A stretch of DNA of 36,939 nt, taken from positions 1-36,939 of the forward strand of contig JALHMH010000044.1 of assembly GCA_022844165.1 (NCBI GenBank). The letters run 5' to 3'. The notes beneath the pieces were generated by a model. It worked only from the letters and a program-made list of their open reading frames with translations. It did no database searches and was not told the DNA's origin. This document shows positions 16,600 through 25,447 of the stretch, piece after piece; within the stretch, counting starts at the first letter, position 1, and the number at the start of each line of letters is the position of its first letter. This stretch comes from Lysobacterales bacterium (GTDB lineage Bacteria; Pseudomonadota; Gammaproteobacteria; Xanthomonadales; SZUA-5). Both the position numbers and the translations under genes were made by a program.

Positions 16600-17012
16600 G
16601 CAAGATATTGATCGACTCGCGTTTGGTTTCGGGCAGCGCCGCATTGGCCGAGATGAGTGGGATCCAGGTGCGCGGCAAATTTACCGCACCGTGGCCATGG
16701 TTGGTGTTGATTCCGATGAAACCAGGTTGCGTCGAGATCTTCGATTTGTCGGACGCTGAACAATCTGAGCTCGGGCGCCTGACGGTGGCTCTGGCCAGGG
16801 CGCTGAAAGCGCAAACGCGTTGCGACAAGATCAACATTGCCAGCCTGGGTAATGTTGTGCCGCAATTGCATGTGCACATCGTGGCCCGGTTCGTGGGCGA
16901 TCCAGGTTGGCCCGGCCCGAACTTCAGTGTCGATGCTCCAAGATTGAGCGAGACCGAGGCGGAGCGACGGCTCAATGAACTGCAGCGAGTCGTGGCAGCA
17001 TTGCCGCAGTGA
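16596..17012 (+). CDS. HIT domain protein
   Basis: PWLVLIP...DKINIASLGNVVPQLHVHIVARF.GDPGWPGP. Confidence 0.9.
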   Translation: MSKILIDSRLVSGSAALAEMSGIQVRGKFTAPWPWLVLIPMKPGCVEIFDLSDAEQSELGRLTVALARALKAQTRCDKINIASLGNVVPQLHVHIVARFVGDPGWPGPNFSVDAPRLSETEAERRLNELQRVVAALPQ

Positions 17013-17074
17013 CCTTTGCCGTGTTAGCCAATCGGGTTGTGATCGGCTAGGCTTCGGGCGATCGAACTGGGGCG

Positions 17075-19072
17075 ATGCGAAAGATGATCCATCGGGCGCT
17101 ATGGCACGTGGCGGTGGCGATGATGTTGATTGTCGCCGTCGCACGCGCCGAGCCTCGTGGTTTCCATGCCATGGATGCCCAGGATTCGGCAGCGCACGGC
17201 GCTACGCGTTGCGGCCAATCTGGACCGAGCGAGCATGCGATCGATTCTGTGGTTTCTGCGAACGCATTGGCGCCACAGCCGCCGCCTTACTGGAGTGCCC
17301 CGGCGCGCGCGGGCTACGCGATTGTTGCCATCGCTCTGTTCGCACTTGCCGTTTGGCGGACGGGTGCGCGCCGACGCAAGCAGGCGCAGACCGATCAGGC
17401 TCTTTTGCAAAGCGAAGCGCTGCTCAATCAGGCGCTATGGGGCAGTGGCAGCGAACTGTGGGATGTCGACTTGTCGACACCCGAAGGTCGCATGCGGCGA
17501 CGTAATCGTCTCGACCACTTGAAGGTGACTCGGAAGGCGGAATGCGACTCTCTGGCTCATTACGCGCCATTTGTGCATGAGGAAGACCGGGCCGGATTCA
17601 ATCGCGCGCTAAAGGCTGCGATTCGCGGCGACGTCGATCTGGTGGAAGTGCAGTACCGCTCGCAAGATAATAATGGCCAGTGGCGCTGGCTGTTTTCGCG
17701 TGGTCGGGTGTTTTCGCGAAACGCAGATGGACGAGCGCTTCGGCTGGTCGGTACGACGCTCGATATCACCGAGATTCGTGCCAAGGACGAAGCACTGAGG
17801 CTGTCCGAGGAACGCTTGAAGTTGGCGATCTGGGGCAGCGGCGATGAGCTCTGGGACATCGACTTTCCGACCGGTTCGCTGCGCCGCGAAAATGCTCTGC
17901 AGAGCACGTTGATCGCCGGCGAGGCTGTCTTCCCGAGGCTGATCGATTATCTGTCCTATGTTCACCCGGATGACCGCGAAGGCTTGACCCGGGCATTCGG
18001 TGACCACGTCAAGGGTGCAGCCGGGCACTTCGAGTTCAGCTACCGCACGCGAGGGAAACGAGAAAACTGGGTTTGGATCCTCGGCAAAGGCAGTGTCGTT
18101 GCGCGCGACCATTGGGGAATGGCACTGCGTATGGTTGGTACCAATCGCGATGTCACCGAGCTGAAGCGAGCGGAAGACGAACTGCGATCGCTCAACGACG
18201 AATTGGAAATCCGCGTTGCGCGGCGTACCGAAGCATTGGAAAAATCCAACCGGGAATACAAGCGCACGCTGGACGAGCTGACTCGAACACAGCGGCAGTT
18301 GGTTGAATCGGAGAAACTCGCGGCCTTGGGTGGCCTGGTGGCTGGTGTCGCGCATGAGATCAATACGCCGCTTGGCGTTGGCGTGACCGCCGCCTCCCAT
18401 TTGCAAGCTGAAGCGCAGGCGCTGAGTAAACGACTCGGCGAAGGTCAGCTGGGACGCGCTGAGCTGGTGAGGTTCATTGACCAGGCATTACAAGGCGCCG
18501 ATCTGGTGCTGCGCAACCTGGATCGCGCCAGTCAGCTGGTTCGCAGCTTTAAGCAAGTCGCGGTGGATCAGTCCAGCGAGCAGCGACGTGAATTCCATCT
18601 GCGCGCTTACCTGGACGAAATCCTGCAGTCGCTGCATCCTAGAATTCGCAAGACCGATGTCACCGTCGATGTCCAATGTGCCGACAGCCTGATTCTCGAT
18701 ACGTATCCGGGCGCGATTTATCAGATTATCGTCAATCTCGTCATCAATTCGCTCACGCACGGATTCGAGGGTCGCACCGGAAACAGCATTCGGATTGGCG
18801 CGCAGCTCGAACAACAGTGCGTGCTCATCGACTATTTCGACAATGGCAAGGGTATGGCCGAGGCAATCAAGCGCCGCGTGTTTGAGCCGTTTTTTACGAC
18901 TAAGCGCGGCAGTGGTGGCAGCGGCTTAGGCATGCACATCGTCTACAACCTCACCACGCAGCTGCTCGGCGGCGAAGTCAGTTGCGACTCCCGTGAAGGG
19001 CACGGCGTGCACTTTCAATTGCGGATTCCGCAAGTGGCGCCGTTGGAGTCATTGAGCGATGCGTTGGCTTAA
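17075..19072 (+). CDS. Sensor histidine kinase: signal peptide, one TM, two PAS_3-like domains, HisKA/HATPase
   Basis: H-box LVAGVAHEINTPLG, N-box NLVINS, DNGKGM, FEPFFTTK, GSGLG; two PAS folds (VH..DR...YR...W.W...G). Start may be 17084. Confidence 0.92.
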   Translation: MRKMIHRALWHVAVAMMLIVAVARAEPRGFHAMDAQDSAAHGATRCGQSGPSEHAIDSVVSANALAPQPPPYWSAPARAGYAIVAIALFALAVWRTGARRRKQAQTDQALLQSEALLNQALWGSGSELWDVDLSTPEGRMRRRNRLDHLKVTRKAECDSLAHYAPFVHEEDRAGFNRALKAAIRGDVDLVEVQYRSQDNNGQWRWLFSRGRVFSRNADGRALRLVGTTLDITEIRAKDEALRLSEERLKLAIWGSGDELWDIDFPTGSLRRENALQSTLIAGEAVFPRLIDYLSYVHPDDREGLTRAFGDHVKGAAGHFEFSYRTRGKRENWVWILGKGSVVARDHWGMALRMVGTNRDVTELKRAEDELRSLNDELEIRVARRTEALEKSNREYKRTLDELTRTQRQLVESEKLAALGGLVAGVAHEINTPLGVGVTAASHLQAEAQALSKRLGEGQLGRAELVRFIDQALQGADLVLRNLDRASQLVRSFKQVAVDQSSEQRREFHLRAYLDEILQSLHPRIRKTDVTVDVQCADSLILDTYPGAIYQIIVNLVINSLTHGFEGRTGNSIRIGAQLEQQCVLIDYFDNGKGMAEAIKRRVFEPFFTTKRGSGGSGLGMHIVYNLTTQLLGGEVSCDSREGHGVHFQLRIPQVAPLESLSDALA

Positions 19073-22000
19073 GCGCCTGAGTATCTGGGTGCTGTTGTGC
19101 CTTGCCGCGCAGCTCACCGCTGCGCCCTCGATCGATGCGGTGCGCTTTCGCAATTTCGGGTTGTCCAGCGGACTGTCGCAAGTGACGGTAAGGGCCATCG
19201 CTGAGGATGCACGCGGCTTCGTCTGGCTCGGTACACAGGATGGATTGAATCGCTTCGATGGGTACGATTTTATCGCCTTCCACCGCGACCGCAGCGATCC
19301 TGGCAGCATTGGCGACAGCCATATGACGGCGCTGTCGCTCGCCGCCAATGGCGATATGTGGATCGGTACGTTGGCAGGTGGTTTGACTCGCCTGACACCA
19401 TCGACTCGACAATTCCTGGCGTTCCGCCATGGCGCGGGATCGAGCAATCTGGCGAGCGACAACATCACGGCGCTGCGGCATCTGCGCGATGGTTCTTTAT
19501 TGGTTGGTACCGGCGCAGGCATTGTCCAGCGGCTCGCACCGGGGAGCAGCGTATTCGAAACGCTCTGGGCCTCGGAAGTCGAACTTGGGGTGATCCGCAG
19601 CATCGTCGAGGACGACGAAGCGGTATGGCTGGCCGGCAGCAACGGTCTTTGGCATTGGCAGGACGGCCAGCTGCCAGTTCGTTTTGGTGCGGAACTCGCG
19701 GCCTTGGACGACATCCAGGCACTGAGCGTCGACCGAATGGGTGGCGTTTTTGTCGGCAGCACACGACAAGGACTGCTCCAGGTGTCCACAGCGGGCAACA
19801 TCATCGAGCACTTTCGATCAGGCAGCGATGGCGGTTTGCCGGACGATCAGGTGCGTGCGCTGCTGACGACGCGCAACGGTCAGCTTTGGGTAGGCACGAT
19901 GACCGGCCTGGCTGTGTTGAATCCGGATAACCGCCGGTTTTTGACCTGGCGCCACGATGTGAGCGACACCGGCAGCCCGGCAGGAAATCGCATCGCGACG
20001 ATCCACGAATCGCGCGATGGCCTTATTTTGGTCGGCACCTGGACTGGAGGACTATCGATTCACGATCCTGCCACACAAGTCGTGCGTCTCATTCGGGCGC
20101 ATGGCCGCGACAATACGAGTCTGCCGGGCAACCCGGTCCGGACCGTGTCGATCGACGCCAACGGCAGCCTGTGGATGGGCGTACTTGAAGGCGGTGGATT
20201 GGTCAATTACGATCCGGTGACCGGTGTCCGACAACGCTTCGTTCACGATCCGGGTGATCCGCAAAGTTTGGCCAGCAATGCCGTCCAGGCGATCGCTCAT
20301 TCGAACGACGGCGCAGTTTGGGTGGGAACGCAGGGAGGGGGTTTGTCGCGCCTGCGCGATGGCAAGTTCGAGCATTTTCGCCGCGAACCGTCGGACGCTT
20401 CGAGCATTCCAGACGATGCTATTCAGTGTCTTTTTTTAGATCGGAGCAATACGCTTTGGGTTGGCACCGAGAACGGCGGACTGGCCCGTTGGCGCGGCGA
20501 AGGTCTGGGGTTCGAGCGATTTCAGCATCAGCCAGATCGCGCCGATAGTCTCCCAGGCAATAGCATTTATTTCATCACAGAAACTCGCAGTGGAGAGTTT
20601 TTCCTCGGTACATTCGGCGCCGGTCTGGTGCGCATGGACCGTGCTGCAGGAACATTCGAGCAATGGCGGGAGATTCCTGGCGATCTTTCGTCGATCAGCC
20701 ACAATTCGATTACGATGATCCACGAAGCACGCGATGGAACGCTGTGGATCGGCACCCAGGGTGGCGGCTTGAACCGCGCGACGCGTGCCGGCCCAGAGCT
20801 GCTTTTTGAGTCGATTGGTAAACGCCAGGGCCTCGGCGCAGACGCCATCGGCACAGTGATTGAAGATCGAAGCGGCTTGATTTGGATCGGTACCACGGTT
20901 GGCGTCAATGCCTACGATCCGCAGAACAGGCTCGTCCGCACTTTCAGTGCCAGCGCCGGGATGGATCGATCCGGATACTTCATCGGAAGCGTGGTGGAGG
21001 AGCCAGGCGGCGCGATCTATTTCGGCGGGCTCAGAGGTGCGCTGGTTTTTGATCCTGAACGGCTGCCGCAGCGCCCCGCGGCACCGCGCGTGACGTTGAC
21101 GGAACTTAAGCTCAACAACGGTCCTGCGCGTCTAGCGCCCGGCGATGACACGGCGCCGCTGCAGCTGGACATCGCTGACACTCAGGCGCTGACGCTTCCG
21201 CACACCATCTCCAGCCTGACGATTGGTTTCTCTGCGTTGGACATGGCCAACCCAGAGGGCATTCGATATCGCTACCGTTTGGACGGGTTCGATTCGACCT
21301 GGATCGCCGATGCGGGGCGCAGCGCCACCTACACCAACCTGCCAGTTGGGAAGTACACGTTCAATGTGATGGCCATCGGCGACGAAAGCGACTTTCTGGG
21401 ACCGATTCGTCGCCTTGATATCACATTGCTGCCGCCCTGGTGGCGGTTGCCAACGATGCTCATCATCTACGCATTGATGCTGCTCACCGCGGCTTTGCTG
21501 GTGTGGCGTCGTGCCCACGCGCGTTGGGAGCGAGATCACGTTGCAGCCGAAGCGGTCGCGCGCAGCGAGCAGCGTCTGAAACTCGCGCTCTGGGCTTCAC
21601 GCGATGAAATGTGGGATATCGATCTTCGCAGCGGAACCATGGAGCGAGAAAATACGCTTGCGGTTCTGGGTACCCGCACAAAGGTCTCTTATCCCACGCA
21701 AGAGAGCTTTCTCGAATATGTGCATGAAGCCGATCGCGCCAATGTGCTGCGGAATTTCGAAGGGCATGTGTCCGGCGAGACGGAGTTCTACGAGAGCACG
21801 TTCCGATACCGCAGCACGGAGAACGAGTGGCGTTGGATTCTGTCGCGCGGTTTTGCGGTCGAGCGCGATGCGTCCGGTAAGGCGCTGCGCCTCGTCGGCA
21901 CCAGTCGCGATGTGACCGAGAGCGCCGAAGCCGCCGAGGCGCTAAGACGTTTGAACGACGAGTTGGAGGCGCGCGTTCAAGATCGTACTGCGGCCTTGTC

Positions 22001-22805
22001 TGCGTCCAACCTCGAACTCCAGGAATCGCTCGAAGAGATCCACTTCATGCAGCGCCAGTTGGTCGAGTCGGAGAAAATGGCAGCGCTGGGTAATCTGGTT
22101 GCCGGGATCGCGCACGAGATCAATACGCCGATCGGCATTGGCATCACGGCCGCGTCCCACCTGGAAGACGAAACCTCGAGATTGATGCAATTGATGAACA
22201 GCGGGAAACTATCGAAATCTGCACTCGACGCATTCCAGACAGATGCCATCAGCAGCGTGCAGTTGATTCTGAGCAATCTGCGGCGAGCTGGACAACTGGT
22301 TCGCAGTTTCAAACAGGTTGCCGTTGACCAAAGTACTGAAGAGGCGCGGGAAATCGCGGTGAAGCGATACCTGGAAGAAGTCCTGCTCTCGCTTGGGCCG
22401 GCGCTGAAAAAGACCCGGCACCAGGTGCAGTTGCGGTGCCCGGATGATCTGGTCATCTTCACTTACCCTGGTGCCCTGTCACAGATTGTCGTGAATCTGG
22501 TCATGAATTCGCTGATTCATGGATTCGACAGTGTCGAAAACGGTGAGATCCGAATCGAAGCCAATCAGTACGGTGATGAGTGGCTGCTGCTGTATCGCGA
22601 TAACGGTGTGGGCATGTCCGATGTCGTCCGGCAGCGTGTATTCGATCCTTTCTTCACCACCAAGCGTGGTCAGGGCGGGACCGGCTTGGGTCTGCATGTG
22701 GTCTTCAACCTGATCACGCAATTGTTGCGCGGCAGCGTCGACTGTCGCAGTGCGCCGGGCGCTGGCGTCGAGTTCCAGATTGTGTTGCCGCTTCGAGTTC
22801 GGTGA
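19059..22805 (+). CDS. Sensor histidine kinase with periplasmic two-component-regulator propeller repeats, Y_Y_Y domain, TM, PAS and HK domains
   Basis: Repeated D..G.lWiGT..GGL blades; YRYRLDGFD..W...ATYTNLP.GKYTF.V (Y_Y_Y); PPWW-TM; H-box LVAGIAHEINTPIG; FDPFFTTKRGQGGTGLG. Confidence 0.95.
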   Translation: MRWLKRLSIWVLLCLAAQLTAAPSIDAVRFRNFGLSSGLSQVTVRAIAEDARGFVWLGTQDGLNRFDGYDFIAFHRDRSDPGSIGDSHMTALSLAANGDMWIGTLAGGLTRLTPSTRQFLAFRHGAGSSNLASDNITALRHLRDGSLLVGTGAGIVQRLAPGSSVFETLWASEVELGVIRSIVEDDEAVWLAGSNGLWHWQDGQLPVRFGAELAALDDIQALSVDRMGGVFVGSTRQGLLQVSTAGNIIEHFRSGSDGGLPDDQVRALLTTRNGQLWVGTMTGLAVLNPDNRRFLTWRHDVSDTGSPAGNRIATIHESRDGLILVGTWTGGLSIHDPATQVVRLIRAHGRDNTSLPGNPVRTVSIDANGSLWMGVLEGGGLVNYDPVTGVRQRFVHDPGDPQSLASNAVQAIAHSNDGAVWVGTQGGGLSRLRDGKFEHFRREPSDASSIPDDAIQCLFLDRSNTLWVGTENGGLARWRGEGLGFERFQHQPDRADSLPGNSIYFITETRSGEFFLGTFGAGLVRMDRAAGTFEQWREIPGDLSSISHNSITMIHEARDGTLWIGTQGGGLNRATRAGPELLFESIGKRQGLGADAIGTVIEDRSGLIWIGTTVGVNAYDPQNRLVRTFSASAGMDRSGYFIGSVVEEPGGAIYFGGLRGALVFDPERLPQRPAAPRVTLTELKLNNGPARLAPGDDTAPLQLDIADTQALTLPHTISSLTIGFSALDMANPEGIRYRYRLDGFDSTWIADAGRSATYTNLPVGKYTFNVMAIGDESDFLGPIRRLDITLLPPWWRLPTMLIIYALMLLTAALLVWRRAHARWERDHVAAEAVARSEQRLKLALWASRDEMWDIDLRSGTMERENTLAVLGTRTKVSYPTQESFLEYVHEADRANVLRNFEGHVSGETEFYESTFRYRSTENEWRWILSRGFAVERDASGKALRLVGTSRDVTESAEAAEALRRLNDELEARVQDRTAALSASNLELQESLEEIHFMQRQLVESEKMAALGNLVAGIAHEINTPIGIGITAASHLEDETSRLMQLMNSGKLSKSALDAFQTDAISSVQLILSNLRRAGQLVRSFKQVAVDQSTEEAREIAVKRYLEEVLLSLGPALKKTRHQVQLRCPDDLVIFTYPGALSQIVVNLVMNSLIHGFDSVENGEIRIEANQYGDEWLLLYRDNGVGMSDVVRQRVFDPFFTTKRGQGGTGLGLHVVFNLITQLLRGSVDCRSAPGAGVEFQIVLPLRVR

Positions 22806-23048
22806 ACAACGCATTTCCCGCGCGTTTCTCAGGTCGCGAGACCGGCTTTCTCATAAGCTCACGCTCGCTGTCAGGATCTGATCGCGCATGATCCAGCGAC
22901 AGGCTCGGCGAACTTCCGCTAAATCGATGCCAGCAGCAAACGAGCCGCGTATCGACAATTCGGTTCCGTTCTCTTGTCCTTGCTTCAACACGTCCTGCAT
23001 ACGTTACCCTCAATTCGCTACAGCCCTTTAACTTCTACCGAACAAGTC

Positions 23049-23065
23049 CCTAAGACCTCATTAAG
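23049..23065 (+). promoter_or_regulatory. Putative PmrA/BasR-like (OmpR-family) direct-repeat box
   Basis: CCTAAG-N5-ATTAAG, one mismatch per half-site to YTTAAK-N5-YTTAAK, ~45 bp upstream of an envelope-modifying phosphotransferase gene. Confidence 0.45.
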
Positions 23066-23109
23066 GAGCACGGCGCAAGCTGTCGGCCCGAGTTGCTCAG
23101 GCCGCGCCC

Positions 23110-25197
23110 ATGCAGGTCTCATCTTCGACAGCCGTGGTCGCTGCGCCGGTGCGCGTCCAGGCGCGCCGCGCGTGGCTGACATGGGCCGGTCCGTTCCAAC
23201 CGCTGCTACGCTGCGTGCTGCTCGGAGTGGGGCTGCTGACGTTGTCCAGGTTGGCTCTCGCGGTCTGGCAATGGCCGCGCGTGGAAGCCACCGGGATCTG
23301 GCCCGAGGTGCTACTGCAGGGTTTGCGGGTGGATCTCATTATGTTGGGTTGGATCATGGCTTTGCCGGTGCTGCTGCTGCCCCTGCTGGTGCACCCTGGC
23401 GGCGCGCGCGCATGGTCCTGGCTGGTGCGGATCGTGTGTGTGGGCGGCCTTGGCTTCTTGTGCTTCATGGAAATGGCCACGCCAGCCTATCTGCAGCAGT
23501 TCGATGCGCGCCCTGATCGCCTGTTTATCGAGTATCTGGTGCACCCGCGCGAGGTGCTTGCGATGCTTTGGCAAGGCTACAGGCCACTGCTGCTGCTCAG
23601 TGCCGTTGTGATGATGCTGGCCAGCTGGGGATTGTGGCGATGGTTCCGGCCGGCGGCCACGGCCATGCAGCCTGGTTGGTCACGGCGTTGGATCTGGCTG
23701 GGCTGGCCGCTGGCATTGCTCAGTGTGTTTGCCGCCATTCGCTCCACCACTGACCATCGCCCGGCCAATCCGGCGATGTTTGCGCTGACGTCCGACCAGT
23801 TGGTCAACGACTTGATCCTCAACTCGGGCTGGTCCCTGCTGCAGGCGGCATACGCCATGCGCCACGAAGCCGATGTCAGTGCGTACTACGGCCACATGGA
23901 CCCGCAGCTGGCACTGGACATCGTGCGCCGCGGCATGCAGCCCTCCAGCGGGAGTCCAGATCCCGAACCGCTGGTCTGGACAGATCCGGAACGGCCCACC
24001 CTGCACCTGCAAACACCCACACGCCTCAGAGCCCGGCCGCTGAACCTGGTCATTCTGCTGCAGGAGAGCATCGGGGCGACGTTTGTCGAATCCCTGGGGG
24101 GCATGGCCGCCACGCCCGAGCTGGAACAGTTGCGGCAGAAAGGCTGGTGGTTCGAACGCCTTTATGCCACCGGCACTCGCTCGGCGCGCGGAATCGAGGC
24201 CGTGGTGGCGGGTTTCATGCCCACTCCGGCCCGTGCCGTGCTTAAGCTGAGTCTGGCGCAGAGCGGTTTTTTCACTATCGGCAGCCTCCTCAAGCGGCAC
24301 GGCTACCACACGGAGTTCATCTATGGTGGGGAGGCCCATTTCGACCAGATGCGCGGTTTCCTGACTGGCAATGGCTTCGATCATGTGGTGGATCGCGCAG
24401 ATTTCACTGAGCCGGCGTTCATCGGCAGTTGGGGCGTGAGCGACGGCGATCTGTTCGCGATGACTCATGCCCGCCTTCAGGCCCTGTATGACCAGGGCCA
24501 ACCGTTTCTGGTGTTTGCGTTCACCTCGAGCAACCACGAGCCCTTCGAATACCCCGAGGGCGTGATCCTCCCGGTTGGCCCCCCGCGCAGCGTGGACAAT
24601 GCCGTGCGCTATGCGGATCGGGTCATGGGCGATTTCTTTCGGCAGGCCGAGCAGAGCGCGTACTGGGCCGACACCGTGTTCCTGGTGGTGGCCGATCACG
24701 ATGTGCGCGTGTACGGCAACCAGCTTGTGCCCGTGGAGAAGTTCCATATTCCGGCCCTGCTGCTGGGCGCGGACATCATCCCGGCAGTGACCTCCACCAT
24801 CACCAGCCAGATTGATCTGGCGCCCACCCTGCTGTCGGTGCTGGGCATTGCAGCCGAGCACCCGATGGTGGGGCGCGATCTGACTCGCACGTGGCCCGAT
24901 GGTGGTCGCGCCATGCTGCAGTTCGACGATCTCTATGCGTGGCTGGAGGAGGACGCATTGACCATATTGCGCCCGGAACGCCCACCCGTGGCCGGACACT
25001 TCGATCCGATCAGCCGGCAAGTTACGCTGTGGCCCGATCCACCCACGCAGCAGCGCGTGCAAAGGGCCTTGGCGCACGTCAGTCTGGCGTCCTGGCTGTA
25101 TCGCGAGCAACGCTACGGGCTGCCGCTGCAAGCGTCCGATGCCCAGCCGGCGGTACGCTCGTTAAACTCACCTCGACAACGAACGACGGCAATGTAG
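23110..25197 (+). CDS. LTA synthase family protein (membrane sulfatase/alkaline-phosphatase-superfamily phosphoglycerol/phosphoethanolamine transferase-like)
   Basis: About five N-terminal TM helices with RPDRLFIEYL; NLVILLQES, ATGTRSARGIEA, TSSNHEPF, VADHD, SQIDLAPTLL. Confidence 0.9.
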   Translation: MQVSSSTAVVAAPVRVQARRAWLTWAGPFQPLLRCVLLGVGLLTLSRLALAVWQWPRVEATGIWPEVLLQGLRVDLIMLGWIMALPVLLLPLLVHPGGARAWSWLVRIVCVGGLGFLCFMEMATPAYLQQFDARPDRLFIEYLVHPREVLAMLWQGYRPLLLLSAVVMMLASWGLWRWFRPAATAMQPGWSRRWIWLGWPLALLSVFAAIRSTTDHRPANPAMFALTSDQLVNDLILNSGWSLLQAAYAMRHEADVSAYYGHMDPQLALDIVRRGMQPSSGSPDPEPLVWTDPERPTLHLQTPTRLRARPLNLVILLQESIGATFVESLGGMAATPELEQLRQKGWWFERLYATGTRSARGIEAVVAGFMPTPARAVLKLSLAQSGFFTIGSLLKRHGYHTEFIYGGEAHFDQMRGFLTGNGFDHVVDRADFTEPAFIGSWGVSDGDLFAMTHARLQALYDQGQPFLVFAFTSSNHEPFEYPEGVILPVGPPRSVDNAVRYADRVMGDFFRQAEQSAYWADTVFLVVADHDVRVYGNQLVPVEKFHIPALLLGADIIPAVTSTITSQIDLAPTLLSVLGIAAEHPMVGRDLTRTWPDGGRAMLQFDDLYAWLEEDALTILRPERPPVAGHFDPISRQVTLWPDPPTQQRVQRALAHVSLASWLYREQRYGLPLQASDAQPAVRSLNSPRQRTTAM

Positions 25198-25447
25198 TGC
25201 GTCGTCGCAGTTGGTGCAACGCTCAAGCTAAGCTGCGCCTGCGTCCGCGGTCCGCTTGAGAGAGGGTTGAGCTAAGCCCACTACGCGCCAGTAACAGCGG
25301 GCACTGAAACCGGGCGGCGAGAGGTGCGTTGATACGGGATCCCGGCCAAAACACTTCGGGCCAGCGCGGATTCATCGCAACTCGACGGGCGGTGGGGAAA
25401 TCGCCGGATGTTATCCTCAGGCGCCATGACTCAACGAGCCACCGGCC

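Noticed and set aside
22806-23040. Possible sRNA or hairpin (TCGCT..GGATC...GATCC.AGCGA near 22865-22900) in the HK/LTA intergenic region
   Set aside because: Imperfect stem with no terminator, promoter or family signature I can support.
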